Source: Malacoraja senta (Eukaryota). Taken from it: a stretch of DNA of 64,000 nucleotides. The notes under the pieces are model-generated. The model had not been told where the DNA came from and made no database searches. It was given only the letters and a program-made list of their open reading frames with translations. The DNA lies in NCBI GenBank assembly GCA_038087875.1, contig JAXLNO010004868.1, positions 62,001-126,000 of the forward strand, written 5' to 3'. Of this stretch, positions 50,266-62,958 are shown piece by piece (position 1 is the stretch's first letter; every line of letters starts with the position of its first letter). Both the position numbers and the translations under genes were made by a program.

Positions 50266-51267
50266 TATTATAAGAAAACATTGTTGTTGCTTCTGTTGTC
50301 ATGCATTTACTTCTGTAGCAGTCTGCATAACTAAATATCTAAAATTGTATAAAATAACGGTAAGAATGGGTAAAATGTGCAATTTTATTTTGAGAGCCGA
50401 TATGGAAAGTCTCTGCTTTTTCTTCAAGGTTGTTAAACATTTACAATAAACATAGGGCTTGAATTTTCTATTTCAATGCAATAAAAAAGTAAAAGCAGCC
50501 CACAGATCTATTTAAAATAAAATATTGTGGCTGTATATAGCTCAATAAAATGTGGTGGCTATATAAACGTCAAATACACAAAATTCACATTTTCATTCAT
50601 TTGGGGTTGAGAATGCCAAATGTGGTTTTCAAAATGTTCATATGAATACTGCGTAAATCCATCTATTTGTGAGATGTATCTGCCAGTGTATTGTTAGGGG
50701 TAAAAGAGGTAAAGTGCTGGTAGAGGGGGTGAAAGAAAAGAAGGGATTTGTGATTTGTGATATGAAAGTAAATGAAAACTTAGTGAAAAAAGTAAGGTAG
50801 AGACCAAAAATAATTGTATCCCATGCATGAATCTTTCAAGTAACCAAAAATATATTTTTGCCAAACGCTGACAATACTTGTCACTTCTTGAGAAGAAACA
50901 CTTCCGCATTGAGCCAAAAGTAAAAACTGAAAAAATGTAATGTCTCAGCTGTTTTGCTGTAAGAGCGAAAACAATTTGGATCAAGTCAATTCAAGTTGGG
51001 TTTATTGACATATGCGCAAGTATGGCGATGTACAGGTACATTGAAAATCTTGCTTGCAGCAGTATAGCAGACTCATAGACTCAAACAGCACATAAAATAA
51101 ATTATACATAAATTTATATTATGCAAGGTAGCAAGAAGGAAAATGAATGTGCAAATGCAAAATGTAAATGCAAAACAAATTAGAAAACAGTCCCATGGTA
51201 GTGATGGTCTAGTGTGTTTTCCTGCTGAGATATGACTAGGGTTGTTCAGGTTGCTTCAAGAACCTGA

Positions 51268-51366
51268 AGTCTGAAGAAGGGTTTCGGCCCGAAACGTTGC
51301 CTATTTCCTTCGCTCCATAGATGCTGCTGCTCCCACTGAGTTTCTCCAGCATTTTTGTGTACCTTC
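51268..51366 (+). mobile_element. 99-bp solo Penelope terminal module with 16-bp TSD
   Basis: TSD tgcttcaagaacctga at 51252-51267 and 51367-51382; the insert matches 46068-46167. Confidence 0.9.
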
Positions 51367-51464
51367 TGCTTCAAGAACCTGATTGCTGAAGGAAAGTAGC
51401 TGTTCGTGAACATGGTGGTGTGGAACATAAGCCCTCTGTACATTATATCCAATGATAGTAGTGA

Positions 51465-51965
51465 GAAGCACCATGTTATAGGAAAGATGTTGTCAAGCTG
51501 GAAATGGTACAGAGAAGATTTACAAGGATGTTGCCAGGAATAGGGGGTCTGAGCTATAGGGAGAGTTTGAGTAGGCTGGGACTCTATTCCTTGGAGCACA
51601 GGAGGATGAGGGGTGATCTTATAGAGGTGTATAAAATCATAGATCGGGTAGATGCAAAAAGTCTCTTGTCCAGAGTAGGCGAATCGAGGACAAGAGGACA
51701 TAGGTTTGTGAGGGGAAAAGATTTAATAGGAATATGAGGGGTACCTTTTTCACACAAAGGGTGGGGGGTGTATGGAACAAGCTGCCAGAGGAGCTAGTTG
51801 AGGCAGCGACTATCCCAATATTTAAGAAACAGTTAAACAGGTTTGGAGGGATACGGGCCAAACACGGGCAGGTGGGACTAATGTAGCTGGGACATGTTGG
51901 CCGGTGTGGTCAAGCTGGGCCAAAGGGACTGTTTCCACGCTGTATCAATCTATGACTATAACTCT
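51465..51965 (+). mobile_element. CR1 3' fragment
   Basis: [11 protein letters not shown]...RGDLIEVYKI...RTRGH and tail. Confidence 0.9.
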
Positions 51966-52129
51966 AGGAAGACATGGCCCAGATCCTAGATGATAAATGC
52001 TGCCTTTTTGAGGCACGCCCTATGTAGATGCTTTCAATGATAGGAATGCATTTAGTATACAAATTCTAAGATTAACTGCATAATTGCTTTTGAGTCATGA
52101 AGAGTATTAATGAACCAGTTTTGCATTTA

Positions 52130-53930
52130 CAGACAGTCCCCGACTTAAGTAAGGGTTCACGTCCCGTAAACCATCTGCGTAAGTCAGATTTTACATAGGT
52201 CAGAATCGCCTTGAGTACCACTGTGCACATATAACTTGACTACATATGTACTATACTGTACAGCAGACACTGTATATAGAATGAAAAAATATCTAATGTG
52301 TTGTACAGTTCTGGCTATTACCTTTTGGAATAAATATTTTTAAATAATTTAATGAATTTTACTGGACAGTACATTCATTAAAAATAAGGAATGAAAATGT
52401 ATTTTAAAAATTGTATAGTAATGGCAATTACCTTAACTAACATTATCCAAGCTTGCTAGAAGTTTAATTGTAGTGGATAATGAACTTAGTTGCTAGATGA
52501 GGAAGCTGAGGAACGAGATGCAGCAGACAAAGGCCATTCGATCTTCTTGATGTAGCGATCGAGAGATATGGTCGCCTTTTTTCTCCTCGTAAAAACACAT
52601 CTTCCATCCGTCTTTTTTGGACTTTCAAGAAGCAAGAGGTTCATGTCACAGGAGCAGAATTAGGCCATTCTGCCCATCAAGTCTGCTCCGGCATTCAATC
52701 ATGGATGATCTTTCTTTCCCTCTCAACCCCATTCACCATTCCCCATGACTTTGCAATGTTGATAATACCTTGATAGACATTATACAACGTACAAAAGTCT
52801 CAGCCTGTCCTTCTCAGTGATAGCCAATGCCTGCTGAAAAGTAGCACGTAAATAGCATGCTTTGAAATTTACTCTCACCCCCTGATCCATTGGCTGGATA
52901 AGCAATGTTGTATTTGGTGGCAGAAAGATGATTTTTACATTCAGATGAAAATCATCCAGATGAACAGAATGGCCAGCAGCATTGTATATAACAAGCAAAA
53001 TGAGATATCACTTTCACAACAATGTTTTTCAGCTTCGGGGATAAAACATTAACAAACCAGTCTTCAAATAGTGGAATAGTCACCCATGCATTTTGATTAG
53101 AATAATAATGAATGGGAAGGGTTCACTTATTGATCCCTTTGAATGCACGGTGATAAAGCCTGAAGTCACCCGCTGCATTATCCCCAAATAAAAGCGTGAG
53201 TCTATCTTTCGCTGCTTTGAACCCAGCCTTTGTTTTCTCTTCCACTGAAATGTACGTGCGATCAGGCATTCTTTTCCAATTCAGTATCATCTACATTGTT
53301 GCATCGTACAACCACTTTTATTGATAAATTCTTTCAACACATCAGGAAACATTTTGGCTGCTTTATGAGCCTGTCCCTCTTAGGCGTTTTTTTAGGCGAC
53401 TGCTGTCGACTAGGCTATCGCCACATGGTCGCTGGGGTGTCGCCTGTATGGTCGTGAGTAGTCTCCTCAGTCGCCCAAAGAGTCGTAGCGTCTTTCTGGT
53501 CGCCGCTGGATTTTAAAAGTTGAAGATTTTTCGGAGACAGTCGGCGACAGTGGGTTGATGCCAATGAGTGTAGCTTGACTTCTCCTGACGTAGGTGCTAT
53601 CATAGTTGTCGCCAGGTTAACGTAGGTTGTTGTCAGGTTAGCGTAGGTTGTTGCCAGGTGACATAGGTTGTCGCTGGTGCTGACTTCGTTTTTTTGTTGT
53701 TGTTAAAGTAATGATTCCATTTCAAATTCTATGTCGAAGGGGGGTCCGGTCGCCAGTTTTCGTATTATTGTGGACATTAAAGGTGAAGATCTTTTCACAT
53801 GTTCTTTAGTGCGCTCAGCATCATTCACTGTTGTATTTCCCGTCAATACTGAGAGACCGAGTTTGCGTGCAATGGCCGATAAACTGTCAAGAGAAGACTG
53901 GGAAGTAGCTGATGCCATTTCTTTTTAAAG
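52130..53930 (-). mobile_element. Tigger/pogo DNA transposon fossil, interrupted by a MITE and a CR1 tail
   Basis: TA|CAGACAGTCCCCGACTTA terminus; FLPPNTTLLIQPMDQGV..NFKACYLR, GFKAAKDRLTL, NAAGDF and an HTH remnant IARKLGLS. Confidence 0.85.
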
Positions 53931-54231
53931 AATTTTTTTTAAGAGGCTTTTAGGTAGGCACTTGGATATGTAGGAAATGGAGGCATATGGATATGAATCA
54001 TGTGCAGGCAGATGAGATTAGTTATCTTGGCACGGACAATGTGGGCCGAAGGGCCTGTGCAATACTGCTCTGTGTTCAGCTGCTAAATTAAACAATTGGT
54101 GTCAACTGCAGAGTGTCAAAGATGTGATTGAATAAAGGTGAGTACCAAAAGTCACAACTTAATTACTTCTGTGGGCATATTTAAAATCCTATAGAGTATT
54201 TCAGTGCAAATGTTGTGGAATCTTGATATTC

Positions 54232-55112
54232 AAAGGATAAAGGACAAAGCACAAAGGACAAGGACAAGGACATTTATTGTCACATACACCAATTGGTGTA
54301 GTGAAATTTGACTTGCCATGCAGCACACAAATAAAGATAAGACTCAACATTAAAGAATTTAACAATAAACATCGAAACATCCCCCCACAATGGTTCCCAC
54401 TCTAGGGGAAGGCAACAAAGTCCAGTCCCATCCCCAGTTCACCCATAGTCGGGGCCTATTGAGGCCTCTGCAGTCGCCGATACGGCAGCCCGATGCTTCA
54501 GGCCCTCTCGCCGGATGATGAATCTCTGACGTCGGGTGAACACTCTCAGCGGCCCGGAGTGTCTGGAGCGGCCGCTTCCTCCCAGGAGACCGCGGCTCCC
54601 GAAGTCCACGGGCCGTGCTGGTCGGAGCGCCGACTCTGGCGACCTCGTCGTGAGATCCCAGGCTCCGCGGTGTTTAAAGCTCAGCGCCGCCCGCGGCTGG
54701 AAGCTCCACAGACCGCAGACCACAGACCGCAGACCGCAGCTCCGCGATGTTGGAGCCGGCGGTCACAGCACTCCGGAGCTTACTGCACGGCGACCCGGGT
54801 AAGGCATCGCCCCCTCCACGATGGTACTTCAGCGCTGTGCCGCCGCCGAAGCTGAATTCCTGGCCGGTCCCGGCAGGAAAACGCCGCTCCAGTCTGCCGG
54901 TAGGCCGCGAGGAAGGGGCGAAGATACGGCTCGGAGAAAAGCCGCATCTCCGACCAGGTAGGTACTGAGAAAATAATTTCCCCCTTTCCCCCACCCTCCA
55001 CATAAAAAGACTAAAAGACCTCCAAAACAAACACTTTTAACTAACTAAAATTTTTTTAAAGGGTGAAAAGACTAACAGCTGCTGGCAGGGCAGCCATACT
55101 CGACGGCGCCCC
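54232..55112 (-). mobile_element. GC-rich non-autonomous non-LTR element, probably Rex1-dependent
   Basis: Starts GGGGCGCCGT like the Rex1 at 27526; ends tgacaataaa plus a (tgtcct)n tail; no recognisable coding sequence. Confidence 0.6.
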
Positions 55113-55610
55113 AGGTGGAGAGCTTTGACATTGAGATGATTCCTATGAAAATGAATAAAACATTGATCCAACCTGTGAAAACCAGTGGATCCTGTGAAAA
55201 TATAAGACTCAGTGGATCCTGCTGTTTTATCTCAGTGTATCACTATAACCTTTGAAACAATTTTATTTTTGCATGTCATCCTTGGTTCGTAAGGATTGAG
55301 AATGACTTGTTCTACTCAAGTACTGTGAGTTCTGAGATAGTTGTTGAGGCCAATGAATGAACTGAAGACTGTCACAGATGATTTTAGTTTTAGTTTAGTC
55401 TAATTTATTATTGTCACTAGACTGAGTGGGACCCTTCGGGTCATGTTCACATGGGAGGGCTGGACCCCCAACGCAATATTCCACCTCTCCACCAATTCCA
55501 ATATTGGTGGCCAGTGGGGGGGGATTTCTGGAGTGCTAGTATGGGTGTTGTGGGCCGAAGGGACTGGTTTCCAGAGGGCTAGTATGGACATTGTGGGCCG
55601 GATGGATTCT

Positions 55611-55806
55611 TGGGCTGGAAGCTCAGTAACTCAGGCCTGGTGGCCTGGCAGCTCAGTTACTCAGGCATGGTGGGCTGGCAGCTCAGTCACTCAGGCATGG
55701 TGGGCTGGCAGCTCAGTCACTCAGGCCTGGTGGGCTGGCAGCTCAGTCACTCAGGCCTGGTGGGCTGGCAGCTCAGTCACTCAGGACTGGAGGGCTGGCA
55801 GCTCAG
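55611..55806. repeat. 30-bp minisatellite, ~6.5 copies
   Basis: Unit tgggctggcagctcagtcactcaggcctgg. Confidence 0.95.
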
Positions 55807-56249
55807 AAACTGCCAGAAATTCTGCCCAAAACAGGTGAGAGACACTGTGAGAGAGAAGGGGGAGAAAGTGGGGCATCAATTTTAGACATTTTTCATCTTT
55901 TTCTGTAGATCACAGCAATGAAGGAGGAAAGTCTATCCTGGCCTGGATCTCACAAGGAGCCAATGAAGGGAGGGAGAAAAATACTGGGGTGAGGTTTAAT
56001 ACTTGCAGGGGGAATACTTCCTGATGGACCGAAGGGACTCCTCCTGGGCTAGTACATGCCTGATGGGCCGAAGGGGCTCTTAAAAAAAATCTGAGTGAAA
56101 TCTCAGTGAAAGGCACTTTTTCTGGACTTTTCCTGGCCTGGCACGGGCATTTTGGGCCAAAATGCTCCTCCTGGGCTAATACGGGCATTTTGGGCAAAAG
56201 GGACTGGTTTCTTGGCTAATAGGGGCCTAGTGGGTTGAAATTAGTGGTT

Positions 56250-57390
56250 TCAGGCAGGCCAAACAACTCATTGCATTTTCATTTCATTTTTCCATTTCCA
56301 TTGCAGTTTCAAGCACAGGGCAGGCCAAACAGCTCATTGCATGTTCATTTCTCCTCCATTGCCATTGCAGTGTCAAGCACAGGGCAGGCCAAACAGCTGA
56401 TTGCATTTTCATTTCACCTCCATTGCCATTGCAGTTTCAAGCACAGGGCAGGCCAAACAGCTGATTGCATTTTCATTTCACCTCTATTGCCATTGCAGTT
56501 TCAAGCACAGGGCAGGCCAAACAGCTGATTGCATTTTCATTTCACTTCCATTGCCATTGCAGTTTAAAGCACAGGACAGGCTAAGCCAAACAGCTGATTG
56601 CACTTTCACTTAATTTCCATTGCCATTGCAGTTTCAAGCACATGACAGGCCAAGCCAAACAGCTCATTGCATTTTCACTTCATTTCCATTGCCATTGCAG
56701 TTTCAAGCACAGGGCAGGCCAAGCCAAACAGCTGATTGCATTTTCACTTCATTTCGATTGCCATTGCAGCTTCAAGCACAGGGCAGGCCAAGCCAAAGCT
56801 GATTGCATTTTCACTTCATTTCCATTGCCATTGCAGTTTCAAGCACAGGGCAGCCAAGCCAAACAGCTGATTGCATTTTCACTTCATTTCCATTGCCATT
56901 GCAGTTTCAAGCACAGGGCAGGCCAAGCCAAACAGCTCATTGCATTTTCACTTCATTTCCATTGCCATTGCAGTTTCAAGCACAGGGCAGGCCAAGCCAA
57001 ACAGCTCATTGCACTTTCACTTCATTTCCATTGCCATTGCAGTTTCAAGCACAGGGCAGGCATAGCCAAACAGCTCATTGCATCTTCACTTCATTTCCAT
57101 TTCCATTGCAGTCTCAAGCACAGGGCAGGCCAAGCCAAACAGCTCATTGCATTTTCACTTCGTTTTCATTGCCATTGCAGTTTGAAGCACAGGGCAGGCC
57201 AAGCCAAACAGCTGAATGCATTTTCACTTCATTTCCATTGCCATTGCAGTTGCAATTTAATTTCATTTCCATTGCCATTGCAGTTTCAAGCACAGGGTAG
57301 TCCAGGCCAAACAGCTCATTGCATGTTCACTTCATTTCCATTGTAGTTTCAAGCACAAGGCAGGCCAAACAACTAATTTCATTTTCATCA
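56250..57390. repeat. 64/69-bp tandem array, ~17 copies
   Basis: Unit gcacagggcaggccaa(gccaa)acagctcattgcattttcacttcatttccattgccattgcagtttcaa; period 64 up to ~56569, then about 69. Confidence 0.95.
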
Positions 57391-58840
57391 AGGGCTAACA
57401 AATCATTTATTGCAAGCACATTGCAGACTCACAGTTCAGGTGATCACAGCCTCGAATGAGAGTCGTGGCCTTTCCCCCGCGATCTTGCAGAGTGACTGAG
57501 TCATGTTCAGGCATCCGGGGTTTTATAGTCCTCCCTCCCTCCCCCCCCAGAAGGGGCGTTACCTTCATCGTTGTGATTGACAGGCGAGAGGATCTCAATG
57601 TTTTTAAACACTCATAACTTTTTTATTTTTCATCGATGGGAAAAATCCTCAGGGCCTGCTCAGCGGAGGAGTACTGTGAGTAAGATGGCGAAAGATCATA
57701 GCGATATATGGTAGCGTTTTTTCTAAAATCAATATACAGCACAGATAGGAAGTGGTCAAGATGAGACTTCAAATTATATGGATAGATGTGTACCGAGGTA
57801 CAGTGACAAACATTTTTGTTGCGTGCTAAGCAGTCAAGGGAGAGTATACATGCTTGATGGAGTAGGTGAGTAGAGGGTTTGTGACATGCTGCTTCCCACT
57901 ATCTATGTTGGGCTTCTGTGAGTTCTTGATACAGGGTCCAGAGGCCATCCTAAATACTCCCAAATTGGGAAGTCATGTGCCAGAGATTTCTAGGAGTTTG
58001 GAGGAATTTCACACTGTTTCAAGGTGGTCTTGAGAGCAACCTTAAATACTTTCTTTTATCTACCTATTAATCTCTAGAATAGAATAGAGATTAATCTAGA
58101 ATAGAGAACAGAGCTCAGAATAGAGTGTTTGTTTTGGTGGACATCACTGTGGCCTCAGTGCTGGGGTTATTGGTTCAGTCTGCATGTGATTTTATGGAGA
58201 CAGCATTCTAGTGGGGAATTCGTCTCAGAGCTAACAAGAGGACAGGTATTACAGCTGCTTGATAGAATTTGAGTTTAGTACCAGATTTGTGATCCTGACC
58301 CTCAAGCACTCATTTTGTTGTGTTAACCCACTAAAATAGTAAGATTAAACGAGAACTTACCAGTTTGAAGTTTGATCTTTATTTTATGAGGAGTTACGTT
58401 GAGGGATTACGTGAAGAACCCGCCAGCCCGCATGCGCGTCAACCTTCAAAGCAGCGGTGTGAAATCACAGATAAGAGTAGTTGAACTAAACATAGTAAGA
58501 TTAGAGAAGACTAAAATACCAGTTGACCTTTATGATAGAGGGTTGGGAGCGGAGGGCACGTAATCCCTCAACGTAACTCCTCATAAAATAACGATCAAAC
58601 TTCAAACTGGTAAGTTCTCGTTTAATCTTACTATTTTACTTCGGAGTCACGTGAGTGACTACGTGAAGATTTCACTCTGTGATTTCATGCCGTAGAAACG
58701 AGTCCACGCGTCACACACTGTATTAATTGACCAAGGAGGAGTAAAAAATACAATGCATTCAGACATGACATAGTTTTTAAAGCATGCTGATGCTTTTATT
58801 AATAACAGAAATAATAATGACCCCTAACACTCGGGGTAAA

Positions 58841-59760
58841 TTATAAGACAGAATTTAAAATAGAATCCGCAAACACCCCTGGTCTGGTAATGGGTTTGTC
58901 ATAGAATATTTGAAAAGTTCTTTCACTAGACCATCCTGCCGCTGCAAGGATGTGGTCCGTAGGAACTTCCAACCCTTTCACTGCCGACGTCGATGCAGCC
59001 CTAGTGGAATGAGATTTAAAAACATCAGTGTCCACACCTGCCCAGGCCAACACCTGTCTTATTCACCTTGAGATGGTTTGCACTGACACTCTTCTGTGAG
59101 TTTTTTTATGACTGATCAGTAATGCCAATTTAGTGCCCTTGAGGTTTTCCGTGACCTTGATATATTGTAGCAAATGCGTGACTACACATAAACGGAGGTC
59201 TATGGGATATGCTACGAATTCCAATCTGAGACCTGACGCCCCTGGTCTGCTCTGCTTGATTAATTCATGTATGTAGAAAGTTCATTTATTAGCAGATGTT
59301 ATCATTGTGTCCAGTCGCAATGTATGTAACGACTGGACCCGCTGCGCCGAAACTAGCACCATAAGCATGACTACTTTATGAGTTAGCTTGACCAGTGACA
59401 GGGATATTGCTGGAGCCCACCCCTGAAGCAGCGTCAGTACAATGCTTACATCCTAAATCTCTGAGTACCGAGGTTTGGGAGGATTGGTGTTAAAAATACC
59501 CTTCATGAGTTTGAAGTGGGTGAGACCCGACAGCGAGGTGTCCTGACCCTAGCCATAAATATGAATATAGTGCACTTCTTGCACAATTAATGGCACTGTA
59601 ACCCATTCCTTCATCAAAATGAAGACTGGACAAAAACTCTTAACACATACTGTGTTATACAAGATATTAGACCGAGAGCAGAACTTCTCCCATTTCCTAA
59701 TATAGGAGATATACTATTTTTTGGTGGTATCCCTCCAAGATGCCGTGATCATGTTCAAAG
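58841..59760 (-). pseudogene. DIRS tyrosine recombinase
   Basis: HSTRAASTS...AAGWSSERTFQIFY catalytic box; upstream part interrupted by stops and frameshifts. Confidence 0.88.
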
Positions 59761-61700
59761 TCCGATCCGTCAGTCCAAGCCCAAGAAAAGGTCTCTTCAG
59801 ACTGTAAATTAATAAATGTATCCGGTCATGGCATGGGTGACTTTCCCCTGTTACGGGATGAACCAACAAATCATAGCGTTTGGAGATGGTCATACAGGGT
59901 TCTGATATCATATCAAGAACCAAAGGGAACCATGGCTGAGTAGGCCAGTTGGGTACTACCAAGATACCTGACGCAGTGTCTTGTTGGATCTTTTGCAAGA
60001 CCCAACTGATGAGGCAGAAGGGAGGAAATGCATAGAAAAACAATCCTCCCCAGTGTAGCGAGAACGCATCCATCGCCACTGCCCCAGGATCTGGTTCCCA
60101 TGCAACATACATTGGCAATTGGTGATTAAGCCTAGATGCGAATAGATCGATATCCAGCGTACCATACCGATAAATAATGTCGGCGAAAACTTTGCGGTCC
60201 AACATCCATTCGATGTTGTCATTAAATTTACGTGACCTGGTGTCCGCCACTATATTAAACTTACCTGGAAGATAGGTAGCTGACACCCAAATGTTTCTTT
60301 CAATGCACCAGTGCCAAATACGGTTAGCCAAATATTCACAGGATACCGACTTAATTCCACACATGTGATTAATATATGCCACCACCGTGGTGTTATCAAC
60401 CTGAAGTTGAACGTGTAAATGATGCATTTCTGTACAGTAAGCCTTAAGCCCATAAAATGCACCCAACATTTCTAAATAATTAATACCATGTGACTTGAAC
60501 AAAGATGACGCATGCACATCCCTTCTGCCACCGCAACTAGAGATGTTATTAGTAGCACCCCAACCTTGGGTGCTAGCATCGGTTTGTAAAATAACCAAAG
60601 GACTGCTGATTACAATGGTATTGGAACAACGCCGAATGTTTAGTATCCACCATTGCAATTCAGAAATAGCATTGGCTGGTAACGGCATAGGTCGGTCAAA
60701 ATGACCAGCATGCCTTTTTAGTGCTTGTACCCTTGCACGTTGTAAATTTTGATAATGCAAGGGTCCAAATCGAGCGGCTGGAAATGCCGCCACTAACTTG
60801 CCAATTACCCTGGTTACTTGTCGAATAGATGGCTGCTCAACTACCACAAGGTTGTAGCAGGCCTCTGCTATTTCCAATCTCTTGCCCCAGGGCAGAGTCA
60901 CAGACATGTGAAGAGAGTTAATAGTAAACCCTAAATAATCCATCACCGTGCATGGTGTCAACTTAGATTTATCTGGATGGGTGAGAAACCCCAATTTCTC
61001 AAACAAAGGTTTAGTGGCTGAAAGCTAATTTAGCTATTTTCAGAGTTTTCCCAATGATCAAAATATCATCTAAGTATGCCATGACAATATATTTTTGAGC
61101 TCTAAGAAGCGCAAGAGCCGGTATTAATATTTTGGTAAACAATCTGGGGGCTGATGTTAACCCATTAGGCAACGCTTTAAACTGCCACAGTTGCCCCATC
61201 CAGTTAAACTTTAAATACCTCCGGTGATCCCTATGAATGGGTACCGAATAGTATGCATCTTTGAGGTCAATGCATGCCATAAAGCATCCTTTGGAAATCA
61301 AATGTTTGGCAGACAAAAGTTTCCATTTTTAAATGTTTATACTGCAGAAAAGCATTAACTCAGACAGATCCAGGATCCACCATCTTTCTTTCTTCTTGTG
61401 AAGATATTAGAAACAAATTCGTGAGAGTCATGCCGTGATCTCTCAACTACCCCTTTTGAATGCAACTTCAATATTTCTGCATGCACCACCAAACTTTCCT
61501 GCTGTGAAAGCCTATACGTTCGGTTTGGTGCATGCTGAGTGGGTGGTAACAAATTATGAAGGAACTCAATTTTATACCCCTGTACACTGTGCAGTATAAA
61601 CGGGTCAGAAGTTAAAGAACTTCACGCAACCCAAAACAAGTGTAACCTTCCACCAAAGTGTAAATAATCTACTCACCCCATGTTCCGGAAGGAACCAGAC
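59714..61700 (-). pseudogene. DIRS RT, RNase H and methyltransferase-like domain
   Basis: IDLKDAYYSVPI, LPNGLTSAPRLFTK, YLDD; TDASTQGWG, INYLEM, VDNTT; IDLFASRLN...YAFPPF; frameshifts. Confidence 0.92.
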
Positions 61701-61734
61701 CCACCTACCTCCATGGTTACTAGTGGGTTTGTAT

Positions 61735-62958
61735 TTATTTCTTCCGCCCCCGAGTCCTGGGGGGTAGAGGTGCGAGAATGCGGGAATGGCGCATCTTCCA
61801 AGAAGGCCGTTCTGGGCCTTGGCCTAAAAAAGACCTTTGTCCATGATACGCGGCCTTCGAGCTTTCACCAGCCTCAGGATACCGTTTTCTGCTGGTGGAT
61901 GCATAGGCGTGCTGCCGCCGAAATTGAGGGGTCTTGCTGGTTGACGTCGGCTTCATCAGGCCGACAGCTTTTGCCTCTTCATCAAGGTCTTTGACTTGTT
62001 TCGGTAGGTTCTCACCGAACAACAAATTTGGCGGCTGAATGTTGCTTGCTTTACACAACCCCGCAAACTTGGCGTTTAGGACAGGGCGGATGGCACTTTT
62101 TCTAAAACAGTTAATTTCAAAATGGGCATTGCACATCAGTGCTGGCGCATCTTGCTGCTCATCCGAATAAGGTCCTCCATCGACAGACCTGGCAAACGCC
62201 GTTATGCCCGAAGCCACTAATTTGAGAATCTTCTGGATTTTAATTTCTTGGGCCCTGATGCCCCCTCCAATGTATCCCCAAATTGAATTATTCACGGCTG
62301 GAACATTCAGTGATGTACAATTTGCAGGTGCCATGTATTTGGCGGCTGTTTCAGTCATCGCCTGCTCTTGCAGTTGGTGGGAGGTAAGGCAATTGATACT
62401 CGCAGCCAGCTGTTCCTGCAACGGTTCCCCTGTCTGTGAGGGGACTGCGAATCTGGAAACCATGGCGGGTAGATTCCGCGCTTCGTGCACCCCAAACACA
62501 CCTGAAGCTTCTTCCGCCATTCCCCCAAATTCGGAGTCAGCCCAGTACTGGCTCCGTACCCTCCTCTCTGTGGAGCGGGAGACACTATGCAGCCCTGTAC
62601 CAGGCGCTGCCGTGGGCTCCCGAGGAGACCCACGCTGACCCTGCTCCGACTGCTGGAGCATGTCATGCTGGAGCAATTTCTCCAGTAAATGCTCCATTCG
62701 AGCTAAACGTCCTATCTGCCGAAGGTCTTGAGTCTTCCCAGCCTGACTCATCCGAGTCCACAGGCCGGTCTGATTTACGTTTGGCTTTACTACCTTTCTG
62801 GGGAACCACTGCCGATTGTAAAGGCACTAAGTCGGAGGACACTGAATGTGTCAGTGACTCCGTGGCGATTTCGACCGCTCCTGGCTGCCCGCATTTCCGC
62901 GGTCCTCCGCAGCCTGTTTTGCTGCGGTCCGTTTAGACTTAGCCCTTAATTTATTCAT
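61735..62958 (-). pseudogene. DIRS gag-like ORF1 (frameshifted N-terminus; 338-aa open part 62751-61735)
   Basis: Position upstream of RT; PANCTSLNVPAVN..IW and LLFGENL motifs; probable original ATG at 62958. Confidence 0.75.

Larger units (their letters stand above)
55417..57786 (-). mobile_element. Non-autonomous Helitron, complete (2370 bp)
   Basis: Minus strand 5'-TC ... hairpin (gaccc-ttc-gggtc, 55430-55442) ... CTAG-3'; inserted between A and T without TSD; empty site ttattgtca|tgtgtaccgaggtacagtga reads as a contiguous repeat tail. Confidence 0.88.

Noticed and set aside
50490-50585. Two adjacent AT-rich hairpins followed by ACA, suggesting an H/ACA snoRNA
   Set aside because: No hinge with an ANANNA box between the hairpins, and the stems are short and low complexity.
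55443-55885. ORF with WWAGSSVTQA repeats
   Set aside because: Translation of a 30-bp minisatellite inside a Helitron.
56250-57390. Regular repeat array resembling CRISPR, and 165-234 aa repetitive ORFs
   Set aside because: Units are head-to-tail with no unique spacers and no cas genes, in a vertebrate context; the ORFs arise because 69 is a multiple of 3.
59900-60200. Phage-like DNA adenine methyltransferase motif (YAFPPF) as possible horizontal transfer
   Set aside because: It is the known methyltransferase-like domain of DIRS1 pol, in its expected position.
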